NCBI GenBank assembly: GCA_041397045.1
Contig: JAWKXK010000012.1
Span: 83,856-147,855 of the forward strand
Source: Paracoccaceae bacterium
GTDB lineage: Bacteria; Pseudomonadota; Alphaproteobacteria; Rhodobacterales; Rhodobacteraceae
Length of the DNA stretch: 64,000 nucleotides
Direction: 5' to 3'
A program made the position numbers and the translations under genes. Under the pieces are notes generated by a model that was given only the letters and a program-made list of their open reading frames with translations, was not told the origin of the DNA and made no database searches. This document shows, one piece after another, positions 42,531 to 51,915 of the stretch; within the stretch, counting starts at the first letter, position 1, and each line of letters starts with the position of its first letter.

Positions 42531-43342
42531 TCCTTGCCCGTTCGCCCCGTGACCGCGTCGATATCGGGCGCGTCCACGGCTTGTATGCCGACGACGTGAT
42601 AGCCGGCATCATGCAGGTTTCGCCCGTCGTGCGAGCCCAGATCAGACGGCAGGTGAGAGCGCGGCCTTGCCCGCCTCTTCCTGCGTGACGTTGCGGCGGA
42701 GGAGGTGCCAGCTCGTTCCACTTCATGATGTAGCGGAAAATCGCCGATGCCAGGAACGGCCAGCGTCTTGATGGGGCCTGCCGAGATCGCGTTGACGCGG
42801 ATGCCATCTTGCCCAGATCCTCGGCGATGTATTTCACGCTGGATTCGCGCGGCCTTGAGCCCATCACGTTGTAATGGGCGCCTTAACGCTTTTCCGCGCC
42901 ATAATAGGTGAGCGTGAGCAGCAGGCCGCCACGGGCATCATCGCCGCCGCGCGCCCAGCAGATGGCGGTGAAGGAATAGACCGAGATGTCCATCGTCATC
43001 AGGAAGTTCTGGCGAGTCGTGTCGACATATGCGGCCGCGCAGTTCGTTCTTGTCGGAATCCGATGGCGTGAACGACGAAGTCGATCGTGCCCCATTCCGC
43101 CTTCAAGCCGGCGAAGAGGGCATCCATCGACTCTTCTGACGCAACGTCACATTCAAAGAGCAGCGGGGTGCCGATGGAGGCGGCGAGCGGTTCGACGCGC
43201 TTTTTGAGCGCCTCGCCCTGATAGGAGAAGGCCATTTCGGCCGTGGTCGGCGAGCGCCTTGGCGATGCCCCAGGCGATGGATTTGTCATTCGCCCGGCCC
43301 ATGATGAGGCCGCGCTTTCCTGCCCATAAGTCCGGTTGACAT
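42527..43342 (-). CDS. fabI: Enoyl-ACP reductase (heavily frameshifted read)
   Basis: MSTGL...KRGLIMG..NDKSIAWGIA; FSYQGEALKKRV, IDFVVHAIGF, TMDISVYSFT, LTLTYYGAEK, ESSVKYIAEDLG, DAGYHVVG. Confidence 0.9.
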
Positions 43343-43452
43343 TGCCTGCCTCGCCCACCCTTTGCGTTGGGTTTGACGTGTAGGCGAACATCGGGGCTGC
43401 ATCAAGGGTGGCCCGGTTGCACGCCCGACGCAGAAGGCATTCGGGGAAAATC

Positions 43453-44054
43453 ATGGACAAGTGGAATATTCGCGGGAGATGACCACGTTCTCGATCGCGC
43501 GGGCCTGGCTGGCGGAGGCGGAACCGGTGGAGCCGAACGACCCCAATGCCATCGCGCTGGCCACGGTGGATGGTGACGGGATGCCCAATGTGCGCATGGT
43601 TCTTCTGAAGGAGATCGAGGCGGATGCCTTTGTCTTTTATACGAATTACGAGTCGAAGAAGGGCCGCGAGATCGCGGCGAGCGGGAAGGCCGCCTTCGTG
43701 CTGCACTGGAAGAGCCTGCGCCGGCAGATCCGCGTGCGCGGCGTGACAGAGCGCGAGGAGGGCCGCAGGCCGACGCCTATTACGCAGGTCGCAGCCTGAA
43801 GAGCCGGCTGGGTGCCTGGGCGTCGCGCCGGTCGGGGCCGCTGTCATCGCGCGCGGCGCTGATGGCCGAGGTGGCGAAGGTCACTGTCGAGCAGGGGCCG
43901 ATTCCCCGCCGCCCGCCCTTCTGGGGCGGCATCCGCATCCGCCCGACCGAGATCGAGTTCTGGGCAGATGGGCAGTTTCGCCTGCATGACCGTTTCCGCT
44001 GGCGCAGAAATGACAACGATGCACCATGGGGGAGATTGCGCGCTGAACCCGTGA
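43453..44054 (+). CDS. pdxH: Pyridoxamine 5'-phosphate oxidase (frameshifted)
   Basis: [58 protein letters not shown]. Confidence 0.92.
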
Positions 44055-44165
44055 AATTCGCGCTTCGCGAATGATTGGCTTCAGGATCGTTAACGATTGC
44101 CCTTGAAACAGGTTCTACATTCGCGTCATGTCAGCGCAGGGCTTTGACTGGGATTGGCTCTCGAG

Positions 44166-44700
44166 ATGATAGATGAAGAAAAGGACGTGCACGTCGTGCA
44201 TGGCCGGAAGTCTTCGATCCCGGCAAGGGATTTGGTTTCATTGTTGCAGATGAAGGCGGGGCTGATATCCTCTCTTCCCGCGAATGTCCTGCGCAACTAT
44301 GGCCAGAATTCCGTGGCTGACGGGGCGGTGATTTCGGTGAAGGTGCAGATGACCCGCAGCGTGGCGTTCCGGGCGGTCGAGGTTCTGGAGATCGAACCGC
44401 CACAGGGGATGTCTTTCCCCTTGGGCGACGAGAACGCGCCTGTCGATGCCGACGAGATCGCGCAGCTTCCGCTGGAACCGGCCCGGGTGAAATGGTTCGA
44501 CAAGGCCAAGGGCTTTGGCTTTGCCAATGTCTTTGGGCGGCCCGAGGATGTGTTCATCCATATCGAAGTGCTGCGCGTTTCGGGCTTTGCGGATCTGCAG
44601 GCGGGCGAGGCTATCTGCCTGCGCGCTCGTCGAGGGCAAGCGCGGGCGTATGGCGGTACAGGTGGTTTCATGGGAAGCGGCAACCCGGCAGGTTGGCTGA
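44166..44700 (+). CDS. Two-domain cold-shock protein (frameshifted)
   Basis: ANVLRNYGQNSVADG, RVKWFDKAKGFGF, DVFIHIEVLR; the end GKRGRMAVQV is in ORF 44515..44700. Confidence 0.88.
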
Positions 44701-45152
44701 TCGGTGCGGTGATGGCGCTGATCCCGGGCGCGGTTCTGGCCGCGTCCTGTGCGCCCGACGTCGTGGAGCTGCGCGGGCCGGGTGGACAGCAGCGGTTTTC
44801 GGTGGAACTGGCCGATGACGGGGCGGAGCGGGCGCAGGGCCTGATGTTCCGGGAAAGCATGCCGATGTCTTCGGGGATGCTGTTTGTCTATGAGGCGCCG
44901 CAGCGGGCCTCGTTCTGGATGAAGAACACGCTGATCCCGCTGGACATGATCTTTGCCGACGAGACCGGGCGGGTGACCCGCGTGCATGCCGAGGCGATCC
45001 CCGGCGATACGACGCCGGTCGATGGCGGCGACGGGGTGCGCTTCGTGCTGGAAATCAACGGGGGGCTGGCCGCACGCATGGGCATCGTGCCCGGGGCGGC
45101 GTTGCGCCATCCGGCGATCCCGCAGGACCGCGCGGCCTGGCCCTGCGAATAG
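44670..45152 (+). CDS. DUF192 family exported protein
   Basis: Signal peptide; VELAD...RAQGLMFR, GMLF, FWMKNTLIPLDMIF, VLEINGG. Confidence 0.9.
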   Translation: MGSGNPAGWLIGAVMALIPGAVLAASCAPDVVELRGPGGQQRFSVELADDGAERAQGLMFRESMPMSSGMLFVYEAPQRASFWMKNTLIPLDMIFADETGRVTRVHAEAIPGDTTPVDGGDGVRFVLEINGGLAARMGIVPGAALRHPAIPQDRAAWPCE

Positions 45153-45208
45153 GTGCCCCGCGATCGGTGCTTTCCAAGCCGGGAATGACAGGCTAAGGAA
45201 GGCGCGTT

Positions 45209-45285
45209 CGGGGCGTGGCGCAGTCTGGTAGCGCGACGGTTTTGGGTACCGTAGGTCGTAGGTTCGAATCCTATCGCCCCGACCA
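45209..45285 (+). tRNA. tRNA-Pro(TGG)
   Basis: CGGGGCG acceptor stem, ACGGT-tt-TGG-gt-ACCGT anticodon arm, GGTTCGAATCC T-arm, encoded CCA. Confidence 0.97.
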
Positions 45286-45466
45286 GATTTCACGACAGGG
45301 ATCCATCTGGCGGTTTGCGTGCCGGGGCCTGGCCATCTGCGGCGAGTGTGTTGCCGATTCTGCGCGAAGCGCAACCCTTGCGGGATTGAGCGAGCCCCAC
45401 GCATACCCCAAAAGGATAGCTGACCTCGCCCGGGTTCTGACGTATGCAGGGTTCTGGATGGGGGCA

Positions 45467-45982
45467 ATGCGCATGATTTCCTGCAGAACCGGTCTTTCTG
45501 CCTTGGCGATGCTGGGCCTTCTGGCGCATTCGGCGCTGGCCGATGCCTTGCCCGAGCCTGAGGGGCCCGTCATCCTGACGGTGACCGGAAACATCGACAG
45601 GACCAATGGCGCGGGCGCGGCGCAGTTCGATCTGGGGATGTTGCAGACACTGGACCCGGTGGCCCTCGAGACCAGCACGATCTGGACCGAAGGCGTGCAG
45701 AGCTTTCGCGGCGTGCCGCTGTCGCGCCTTCTGGCCGCGCTGGAGGCCCGGGGCGAGGTGATCGCGGCGACGGCGTTGAATGATTACATGGTCGAGATCC
45801 CGGTGGCCGATGCGGTGGAGGGCGGGCCGATCCTTGCCTTCGAGCAGAACGGGCGGCTGCTTTCGGTGCGGGACAAGGGGCCGCTCTGGGTGATCTATCC
45901 CTATGATTCGGTGCCGGAATACCAGAGCGAGACCGTCTATGTGCGGTCGATCTGGCAGGTGGCGCGGCTGGAGATCCGCTGA
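45467..45982 (+). CDS. Exported oxidoreductase molybdopterin-binding-like protein
   Basis: Signal peptide; ILTVTG, TSTIWTEG, FRGVPL, ALNDY, RDKGPLWVIYP, SIWQV. Confidence 0.82.
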   Translation: MRMISCRTGLSALAMLGLLAHSALADALPEPEGPVILTVTGNIDRTNGAGAAQFDLGMLQTLDPVALETSTIWTEGVQSFRGVPLSRLLAALEARGEVIAATALNDYMVEIPVADAVEGGPILAFEQNGRLLSVRDKGPLWVIYPYDSVPEYQSETVYVRSIWQVARLEIR

Positions 45983-46072
45983 GCCCGGCCCTGTGGGCGG
46001 CGGTGGGGTTGCTTGCGCTGGGGCGGGGGCTGGCCCATATCGGGGGCAGGCACGCCTTGGCAAGAGGGCCGG

Positions 46073-47516
46073 ATGACCATTTCCTTCGACAATTCCTGGG
46101 TGCGGGATCTGCCCGGCACTTTTCTGCCCGTGCGTCCGGCCCCGGCGCCTGCGCCGCGCCTTCTGGTGCTGAACCGGGATCTCGCGAGCGAGATGGGGCT
46201 GGATCCGGCGGCGCTGGAGGCGGGGGCGGCAGAGATCTTTTCGGGCAACCGCCTGCCAGAGGGGGCCGAGCCGGTGGCGCAGGCCTATGCCGGGCACCAG
46301 TTCGGCGGGTTCTCCCCGCAGCTGGGGGATGGGCGCGCGCTTTTGATGGGTGAGGTGCTGGCCCCGGATGGCCGACGCTGGGACATCCATCTGAAGGGAT
46401 CGGGGCGGACGCCCTTTTCGCGGGGCGGCGATGGCAAGGCGGCTGTGGGGCCGATGCTGCGCGAATATCTGATGGGCGAGGCGATGGCCGCGCTGGGCAT
46501 TCCCACGACGCGGGCCCTGGCGGTGGTGGCGACCGGCGCGCCGGTGCTGCGCGAGGTGGAACTGCCCGGCGCGGTTCTGGCGCGGGTGGCGGCGAGCCAT
46601 ATCCGGGTGGGAAGCTTTCAGTTCTTTGCCGCGCGCGGGGATCAGGCGCAGGTGCGGGCCTTGGCCGATTACACCATCGCGCGGCACTATCCGGAGGTGG
46701 CGGGGGCGGATAACCCCCATGTCGCGCTGTTCGATGCGGTGATCGGGCGGCAGGCGCGGCTGATTGCGCAATGGATGGGGGTGGGGTTCATCCATGGGGT
46801 GATGAACACCGACAACATGGCCCTGTCGGGCGAGACCATCGACTATGGCCCCTGCGCCTTCATGGAAGGTTATGCGGCGGGAACGGTGTTTTCGTCGATT
46901 GATCACGGCGGGCGCTATGCCTATGGAAACCAGCCCTTGATCCTCGGCTGGAACCTTGCGCGGCTGGCCGAGGCGCTGCTGCCCTGTTCCATGCCGATCA
47001 GGACCGGGCGGTGGATATCGCGAACGGGCTGCTGGAGGGATCGCCGGGCGCTATCGCGCGGAATGGGTGGCGGTGATGCGGGCCAAGCTGGGGCTGGCGG
47101 GCGCGGAAGAGGGCGATGGCGCGCTGGCCGATGATCTGCTGGCGGCGATGGAGGGGTCGGGGTCAGGGCAGGGGGCGGACTGGACGCTGACCTTCCGCCG
47201 TCTGGCGGGGGCGGTGGGGGGCGATGCCGGGGGGATCGCGCCGCTCTTTGCCGATCCGTCGGCTCTGCGCGCCTGGCTGCCGCGCTGGCAGGCGCGGCTG
47301 GCCCCGGACGCGGCGGAACGGATCCGGGCCGCCAATCCCGCCGTGATCCCGCGCAATCACAAGGTTGAAGAGGCGCTGAACGCCGCGACGGCGGGCGAGA
47401 TGGCCCCGTTCGAGACCCTGCTTGCGGCCGTGTCGGAGCCCTTTGTGGAGCGCGAGCCCTATATGCTGCCCGCGCCGCAGGGGTTGGGCCGGCATGTCAC
47501 CTATTGCGGAACCTGA
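46073..47516 (+). CDS. ydiU: Protein adenylyltransferase SelO/YdiU (frameshift near 46985)
   Basis: [45 protein letters not shown]; C-terminal PRNH...TYCGT. Confidence 0.92.
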
Positions 47517-47535
47517 GGCCGCGCCGCTGCTGGCG

Positions 47536-47579
47536 CGTTGACGGGGGCGACGTTGACGGGGGCGACGTTGACAGGGGGG
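47536..47579 (+). repeat. 15 bp tandem repeat CGTTGACGGGGGCGA, about three copies
   Basis: Two perfect units plus CGTTGACAGGGGGG upstream of the XRE gene. Confidence 0.85.
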
Positions 47580-47604
47580 CGCGCCGCGCGCCATGGTCGC
47601 GCGC

Positions 47605-48165
47605 ATGAACCCGCGTTCCGATATCCATGACCGGCTGGCCGCATCCCTGCGCGAGGCGCGCAAGGCGCGCGGCCTGTCGCTGGATGCGGTGGCGAAGCTG
47701 TCGGGGGTGTCGCGATCCATGGTGAGCCAGATCGAGCGCGGCGAAAGTTCGCCCACCGTGGCGACCCTGTGGAACCTGACGCAGGCGCTGCAGGTGGATT
47801 TCGCGGGCCTTCTGGAGGGCCGCCCCGCGCCGGGGATCGAGATCACGCGGGCGGGGGCCGCGCCGGTGATTGCCCGCAGCCCCGGTGTGCGCATCCGTAT
47901 CCTTTCCCCCGCCGAGACGGTGGGGGAACATGAGGTCTATGACCTGTCCTTCGAGCCTGGCGCGGCGCTGGTGTCGGATCCGCATTCGCCCGGTTGCAGG
48001 GAACATCTGACGGTGGTGGAAGGCGCGCTGTCGGTGCAATCGGGCGAGGATGCCGAGGATCTGGGGCCCGGCGATACCGCGCGCTATGCGGCCGACCGGC
48101 CCCACGCGATCCGCGCGGGGGCTGGGGCGGGCGCGCGGGCGATTCTGATCGTGCAGGGAAGCTGA
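47605..48165 (+). CDS. XRE family HTH regulator with a C-terminal cupin (SutR/PuuR-like)
   Basis: GLSLDAVAKLSGVSRSMVSQIERGESSPTVATL; HSPGCREHL; ADRPH. Confidence 0.92.
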   Translation: MNPRSDIHDRLAASLREARKARGLSLDAVAKLSGVSRSMVSQIERGESSPTVATLWNLTQALQVDFAGLLEGRPAPGIEITRAGAAPVIARSPGVRIRILSPAETVGEHEVYDLSFEPGAALVSDPHSPGCREHLTVVEGALSVQSGEDAEDLGPGDTARYAADRPHAIRAGAGAGARAILIVQGS

Positions 48166-48205
48166 TCCCTTATCCGGCGCTGCGCGGGGTGGGGATGTCG
48201 ATTTT

Positions 48206-48227
48206 GGGTATTTGGGCCAAGATGAAG
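48206..48227 (+). repeat. REP-like unit GGGTATTTGGGCCAAGATGAAG
   Basis: Identical to 55826-55847. Confidence 0.75.
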
Positions 48228-48234
48228 AGGCTTG

Positions 48235-48305
48235 TCCGTTTTGACGGATGACTTTCCGTGATATTGACAGGTGGGCGGGGTTTCGTGTAAATCCGCCAAA
48301 ACGGA
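48235..48305 (+). promoter_or_regulatory. kbl promoter flanked by two palindromic operators
   Basis: TCCGTTTTGACGGA (48235-48248) and TCCGCCAAAACGGA (48292-48305) bracket TTGACA (48264)-17 bp-GTAAAT. Confidence 0.65.
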
Positions 48306-48317
48306 GGAGTATCCGCC

Positions 48318-49511
48318 ATGTCGGACAGGGCCGCCTTTCTTTCCCATCTGGCCACGCTTCTTGAGGGCATCGACCGCGACGGGTTGATGAAGCGCGAGCG
48401 GCTGATCACCGGGCCGCAGGGCGCGCGGGTGGAGATGGGCGGGCGGCCCATGCTCAACCTTTGCGCCAACAACTATCTTGGCCTTGCCGATGATCCGCGC
48501 CTTGTCGCGGCGGCGGAGGCCGCGATGCGGGATCACGGCTATGGCATGGCCAGCGTCCGCTTCATCTGTGGCACGCAGGATATTCATCGCGCGCTGGAAA
48601 CCCGTCTGGCCCGGTTTCTGGGGCAGGAGGACAGCATCCTGTTCGCGGCCTGTTTCGATGCCAATGGCGGCCTGTTCGAGCCGCTGCTGGGGCCGGAGGA
48701 TGCCGTCATTTCCGATGCGCTGAACCATGCGAGCATCATTGACGGGATCCGGCTGTGCAAGGCGAAGCGCTACCGGTACGCGAATTCGGACATGGGCGAT
48801 CTTGAGGCGCAATTGTTAAGGGCGCGTGAGGAGGGGGCGCGGTTCATCCTGATTGCCACGGATGGCGTCTTTTCGATGGATGGCTATCTGGCGAAACTGC
48901 CCGAGATCACGGCGGTGGCGGCGCGGTTCGGCGCGCTGGTGATGGTGGATGATTGCCATGCCACGGGGTTCATGGGGCCGGGGGGGCGGGGGACGCCCGC
49001 GCATTTCGGGGTAAAGGTGGATATCTTGACCGGGACGCTGGGCAAGGCGCTGGGTGGCGCGCTGGGCGGGTATATCGCGGGGCCGCAGGCGGTGGTGGAC
49101 CTGCTGCGGCAGAGGGCGCGGCCTTACCTCTTTTCCAACGCGCTGCCGCCTGCGGTGGTGGGGGCGGCGCTGGCGGCGCTGGATATCGTCGAGGCGGCGG
49201 ATGATCTGCGCGCGCAACTCTTCGAGAATGCCCGCTACTGGCGGGCGGGGCTGGAGGATGCGGGGTTCCGGCTGCTGCCGGGGGAGCATCCCATCGTGCC
49301 GGTGATGCTGGGGGATGCCAAGCTCGCGCAGGGGATGGCGGCGGAGCTGGGGCAGAGGGGGGTGCATGTGGCGGGGTTCTTCTTCCCGGTCGTGCCGCAG
49401 GGGCAGGCGCGCATCCGCACGCAGATGAATGCGCGGCTGACGCGGGATGATCTGGATTTCGCGCTGGAGGCGTTCCGCGCGGCGGGCAAGGCGGTGGGGG
49501 TGCTGGCATGA
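48318..49511 (+). CDS. kbl: 2-amino-3-ketobutyrate CoA ligase (glycine C-acetyltransferase)
   Basis: [49 protein letters not shown]. Confidence 0.96.
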   Translation: MSDRAAFLSHLATLLEGIDRDGLMKRERLITGPQGARVEMGGRPMLNLCANNYLGLADDPRLVAAAEAAMRDHGYGMASVRFICGTQDIHRALETRLARFLGQEDSILFAACFDANGGLFEPLLGPEDAVISDALNHASIIDGIRLCKAKRYRYANSDMGDLEAQLLRAREEGARFILIATDGVFSMDGYLAKLPEITAVAARFGALVMVDDCHATGFMGPGGRGTPAHFGVKVDILTGTLGKALGGALGGYIAGPQAVVDLLRQRARPYLFSNALPPAVVGAALAALDIVEAADDLRAQLFENARYWRAGLEDAGFRLLPGEHPIVPVMLGDAKLAQGMAAELGQRGVHVAGFFFPVVPQGQARIRTQMNARLTRDDLDFALEAFRAAGKAVGVLA

Positions 49512-50545
49512 GCAACGAGATGAAGGCGCTGGTGAAGGCCAAGGCGGAGCCGGGGCTGTGGATGGAACGCCGCCCGGTGCCGGAGATCGGGCCGGACGAC
49601 GTGCTGATCCGCATCCGCAAGACGGGGATTTGCGGGACGGATATCCATATCTGGAACTGGGATGACTGGGCGGCGCGGACGGTGCCTGTGCCTTTGGTCA
49701 CGGGGCATGAATTCGCTGGCGAGATCGTGGAGTTGGGCCGCAATGTCGAGGGGCTGGCGATCGGGCAGCGCTGTTCCGGCGAAGGCCACCTGATCGGGCG
49801 GCAGTCGCGGCAGAGCCGGGCGGGGAAGTTCCATCTGGACCCGGCGACGCGGGGGATCGGGGTGAACGAGCAGGGGGCCTTTGCCGAATACCTGCGCCTG
49901 CCTGCCTTCAACGTGGTGCCCTTGCCGGATGCGATTGATGACGAGATCGGGGCGATCCTCGATCCACTCGGCAACGCGGTGCATACGGCGCTGTCCTTCG
50001 ATCTGGTGGGCGAGGATGTGCTGATCACGGGGGCGGGGCCCATCGGGATCATGGCCGCCGCCGTGGCGCGGCATGTAGGGGCGCGGCATGTGGTGATTAC
50101 GGATGTGAACCCCGCGCGGCTGGAGCTTGCGGCGAAGGTCGCGGATGTGACCCCGGTTGATGTGACGAAGGAGCATCTGGCCGATGTGAAGGCGCGGTTG
50201 AAGATGACCGAGGGCTTTGACGTGGGCATGGAGATGAGCGGCAATCAGGCGGCGCTTGACCAGATGGTCGAGGCCATGGTGATGGGGGGGCGGATCGCGA
50301 TGCTGGGGATTCCGCCGGGGAAATCGCCGGTGGATTGGAGCCGGATCGTCTTCAAGGCCATCACGATCAAGGGCGTCTATGGGCGCGAGATCTTCGAGAC
50401 GTGGTACAAGATGATCGCCATGCTGGAGAACGGGCTGGATATACGCCGGGTGATCACCCACCGCTTTGCGGTGGATGCGTTCCGGGATGGGTTCATGGCG
50501 ATGAAATCGGGGCTTTCGGGAAAGGTCGTGCTGGACTGGACCTGA
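49508..50545 (+). CDS. tdh: L-threonine 3-dehydrogenase
   Basis: [39 protein letters not shown]; coupled to kbl by an ATGA overlap. Confidence 0.96.
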   Translation: MSNEMKALVKAKAEPGLWMERRPVPEIGPDDVLIRIRKTGICGTDIHIWNWDDWAARTVPVPLVTGHEFAGEIVELGRNVEGLAIGQRCSGEGHLIGRQSRQSRAGKFHLDPATRGIGVNEQGAFAEYLRLPAFNVVPLPDAIDDEIGAILDPLGNAVHTALSFDLVGEDVLITGAGPIGIMAAAVARHVGARHVVITDVNPARLELAAKVADVTPVDVTKEHLADVKARLKMTEGFDVGMEMSGNQAALDQMVEAMVMGGRIAMLGIPPGKSPVDWSRIVFKAITIKGVYGREIFETWYKMIAMLENGLDIRRVITHRFAVDAFRDGFMAMKSGLSGKVVLDWT

Positions 50546-50802
50546 TCCCACCTTGCGGGGCAGGAAAGGCGGCGGTTGCTTTTCGGGCGAGAGTTTGCAA
50601 GAAGCGCGCAGTTGCCCGGTTGCGGGCGGCACAACCCTGGTGACCGGGCCCCTCTGGCGAGACATTTGCGGCGGTCTCGTGATGTCGGCACCGCGGAAAA
50701 CAATAGTCGCACGGACCTGACCGACCGGAATGATGCCGCGCCGCCCATTGGGCGCATCGCATCCTGCTGTCCGCCACGGCCCGCAAAGGCAGGGTATTTC
50801 CC

Positions 50803-51876
50803 ATGACCTCGATCCCCACGCAGAAACCTACTTTGGCCTATTTTCGTTGGGCCTTCATCGTGACAGCCCTTGGACTGATCCTTGGGGCATGGCTGGGCTG
50901 GCAGACGACGGGCAGCCTGTCGGGCATGGCCTCCATCTTCTTCATCTGCTGCGTTCTTGCGGTGCTGGAGATTTCGCTGTCCTTCGACAATGCCATCGTG
51001 AATGCGAACAAGCTGAAGGACATGCGGCCGGAATGGCAGCGCGCCTTCCTGACCTGGGGTATCCTGATCGCGGTCTTCGGCATGCGCATCGTCTTTCCGC
51101 TGCTGATCGTGGTGGTGGCGGCGAATATCGGGCCGTGGCAGGCGCTGGTTCTGGCATCGACCCAGCCCGAGGAATACAGCCGCATCATGCATGAGGCGCA
51201 TCTGCCCATCGCGGCCTTTGGCGGGGCCTTCCTGATGATGGTTGGGCTGACCTATTTCTTCGATTCCGAAAAGGATGTGCATTGGGTGCGCTGGATCGAG
51301 GAGAAGGTCGCGGCGACGGCCACGATCCGCGGGGTAGAGGTGGGGGCGGTGCTGGTCACGATCCTTGTCTTTTCGAAGTTCCTGACCGGGGCGGAAAGCA
51401 CAGCCTTCGTGTCTTCGGCGATCTATGGGCTGGTCACCTTTCTGGTGGTGGAGACGCTGGGCGGCCTTCTGGACAAGAGCCAGGAGACCATGTCCGCCGC
51501 CGCCAAGGGCGGGCTGGGGGCCTTTCTCTATCTGGAGGTTCTGGATGCCTCGTTCTCGTTCGATGGGGTGATCGGGGCCTTCGCGCTGTCGAACAACCTG
51601 TTCGTGATCGCCATCGGTCTGGGCATCGGGGCGATGTATGTGCGGTCGATGACCATCATGCTGGTGGAGAAGGGCACGCTGGCGCAATACCGCTATCTGG
51701 AACACGGGGCCTTCTATGCCATCCTGATCCTGTCGGTGATCATGTTCTGCCAGACGCTGGTGCATATCCCCGAGGTGATCACCGGGCTGGGCGGGGCGGC
51801 GCTGATCGGGCTTTCGCTGTGGTCGTCGATCCGGTGGAACCGCCGGAACGGTGAGGCGGTGATCGACCCGCGCTGA
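50803..51876 (+). CDS. DUF475 / TerC-like membrane protein
   Basis: LEISLSFDNAIVNA, AVFGMR, YLEVLDASFSFDGVIGAFA, YLEHGA. Confidence 0.92.
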   Translation: MTSIPTQKPTLAYFRWAFIVTALGLILGAWLGWQTTGSLSGMASIFFICCVLAVLEISLSFDNAIVNANKLKDMRPEWQRAFLTWGILIAVFGMRIVFPLLIVVVAANIGPWQALVLASTQPEEYSRIMHEAHLPIAAFGGAFLMMVGLTYFFDSEKDVHWVRWIEEKVAATATIRGVEVGAVLVTILVFSKFLTGAESTAFVSSAIYGLVTFLVVETLGGLLDKSQETMSAAAKGGLGAFLYLEVLDASFSFDGVIGAFALSNNLFVIAIGLGIGAMYVRSMTIMLVEKGTLAQYRYLEHGAFYAILILSVIMFCQTLVHIPEVITGLGGAALIGLSLWSSIRWNRRNGEAVIDPR

Positions 51877-51915
51877 TGCGGCGCGTTCCCCCCGGGCGAT
51901 GGGCGCGGGGGGAAC

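Noticed and set aside
39988-44054. Cluster of pseudogenes or programmed frameshifting in aminotransferase-gpt-lysE-fabI-pdxH
   Set aside because: Indels hit every gene, including housekeeping ones, and there is no recurring slippery motif. Sequencing error is more parsimonious.
44154-45152. Apparent cold-shock/DUF192 fusion ORF (332 aa)
   Set aside because: The cold-shock C-terminus (GKRGRMAVQV) is in another frame, and DUF192 has its own ATG and signal peptide at 44670. The fusion is best explained by an indel near 44630.
47490-47516. Selenocysteine at the SelO C-terminus
   Set aside because: The protein ends TYCGT-TGA, the usual bacterial Cys-type terminus; the TGA reads as a plain stop.
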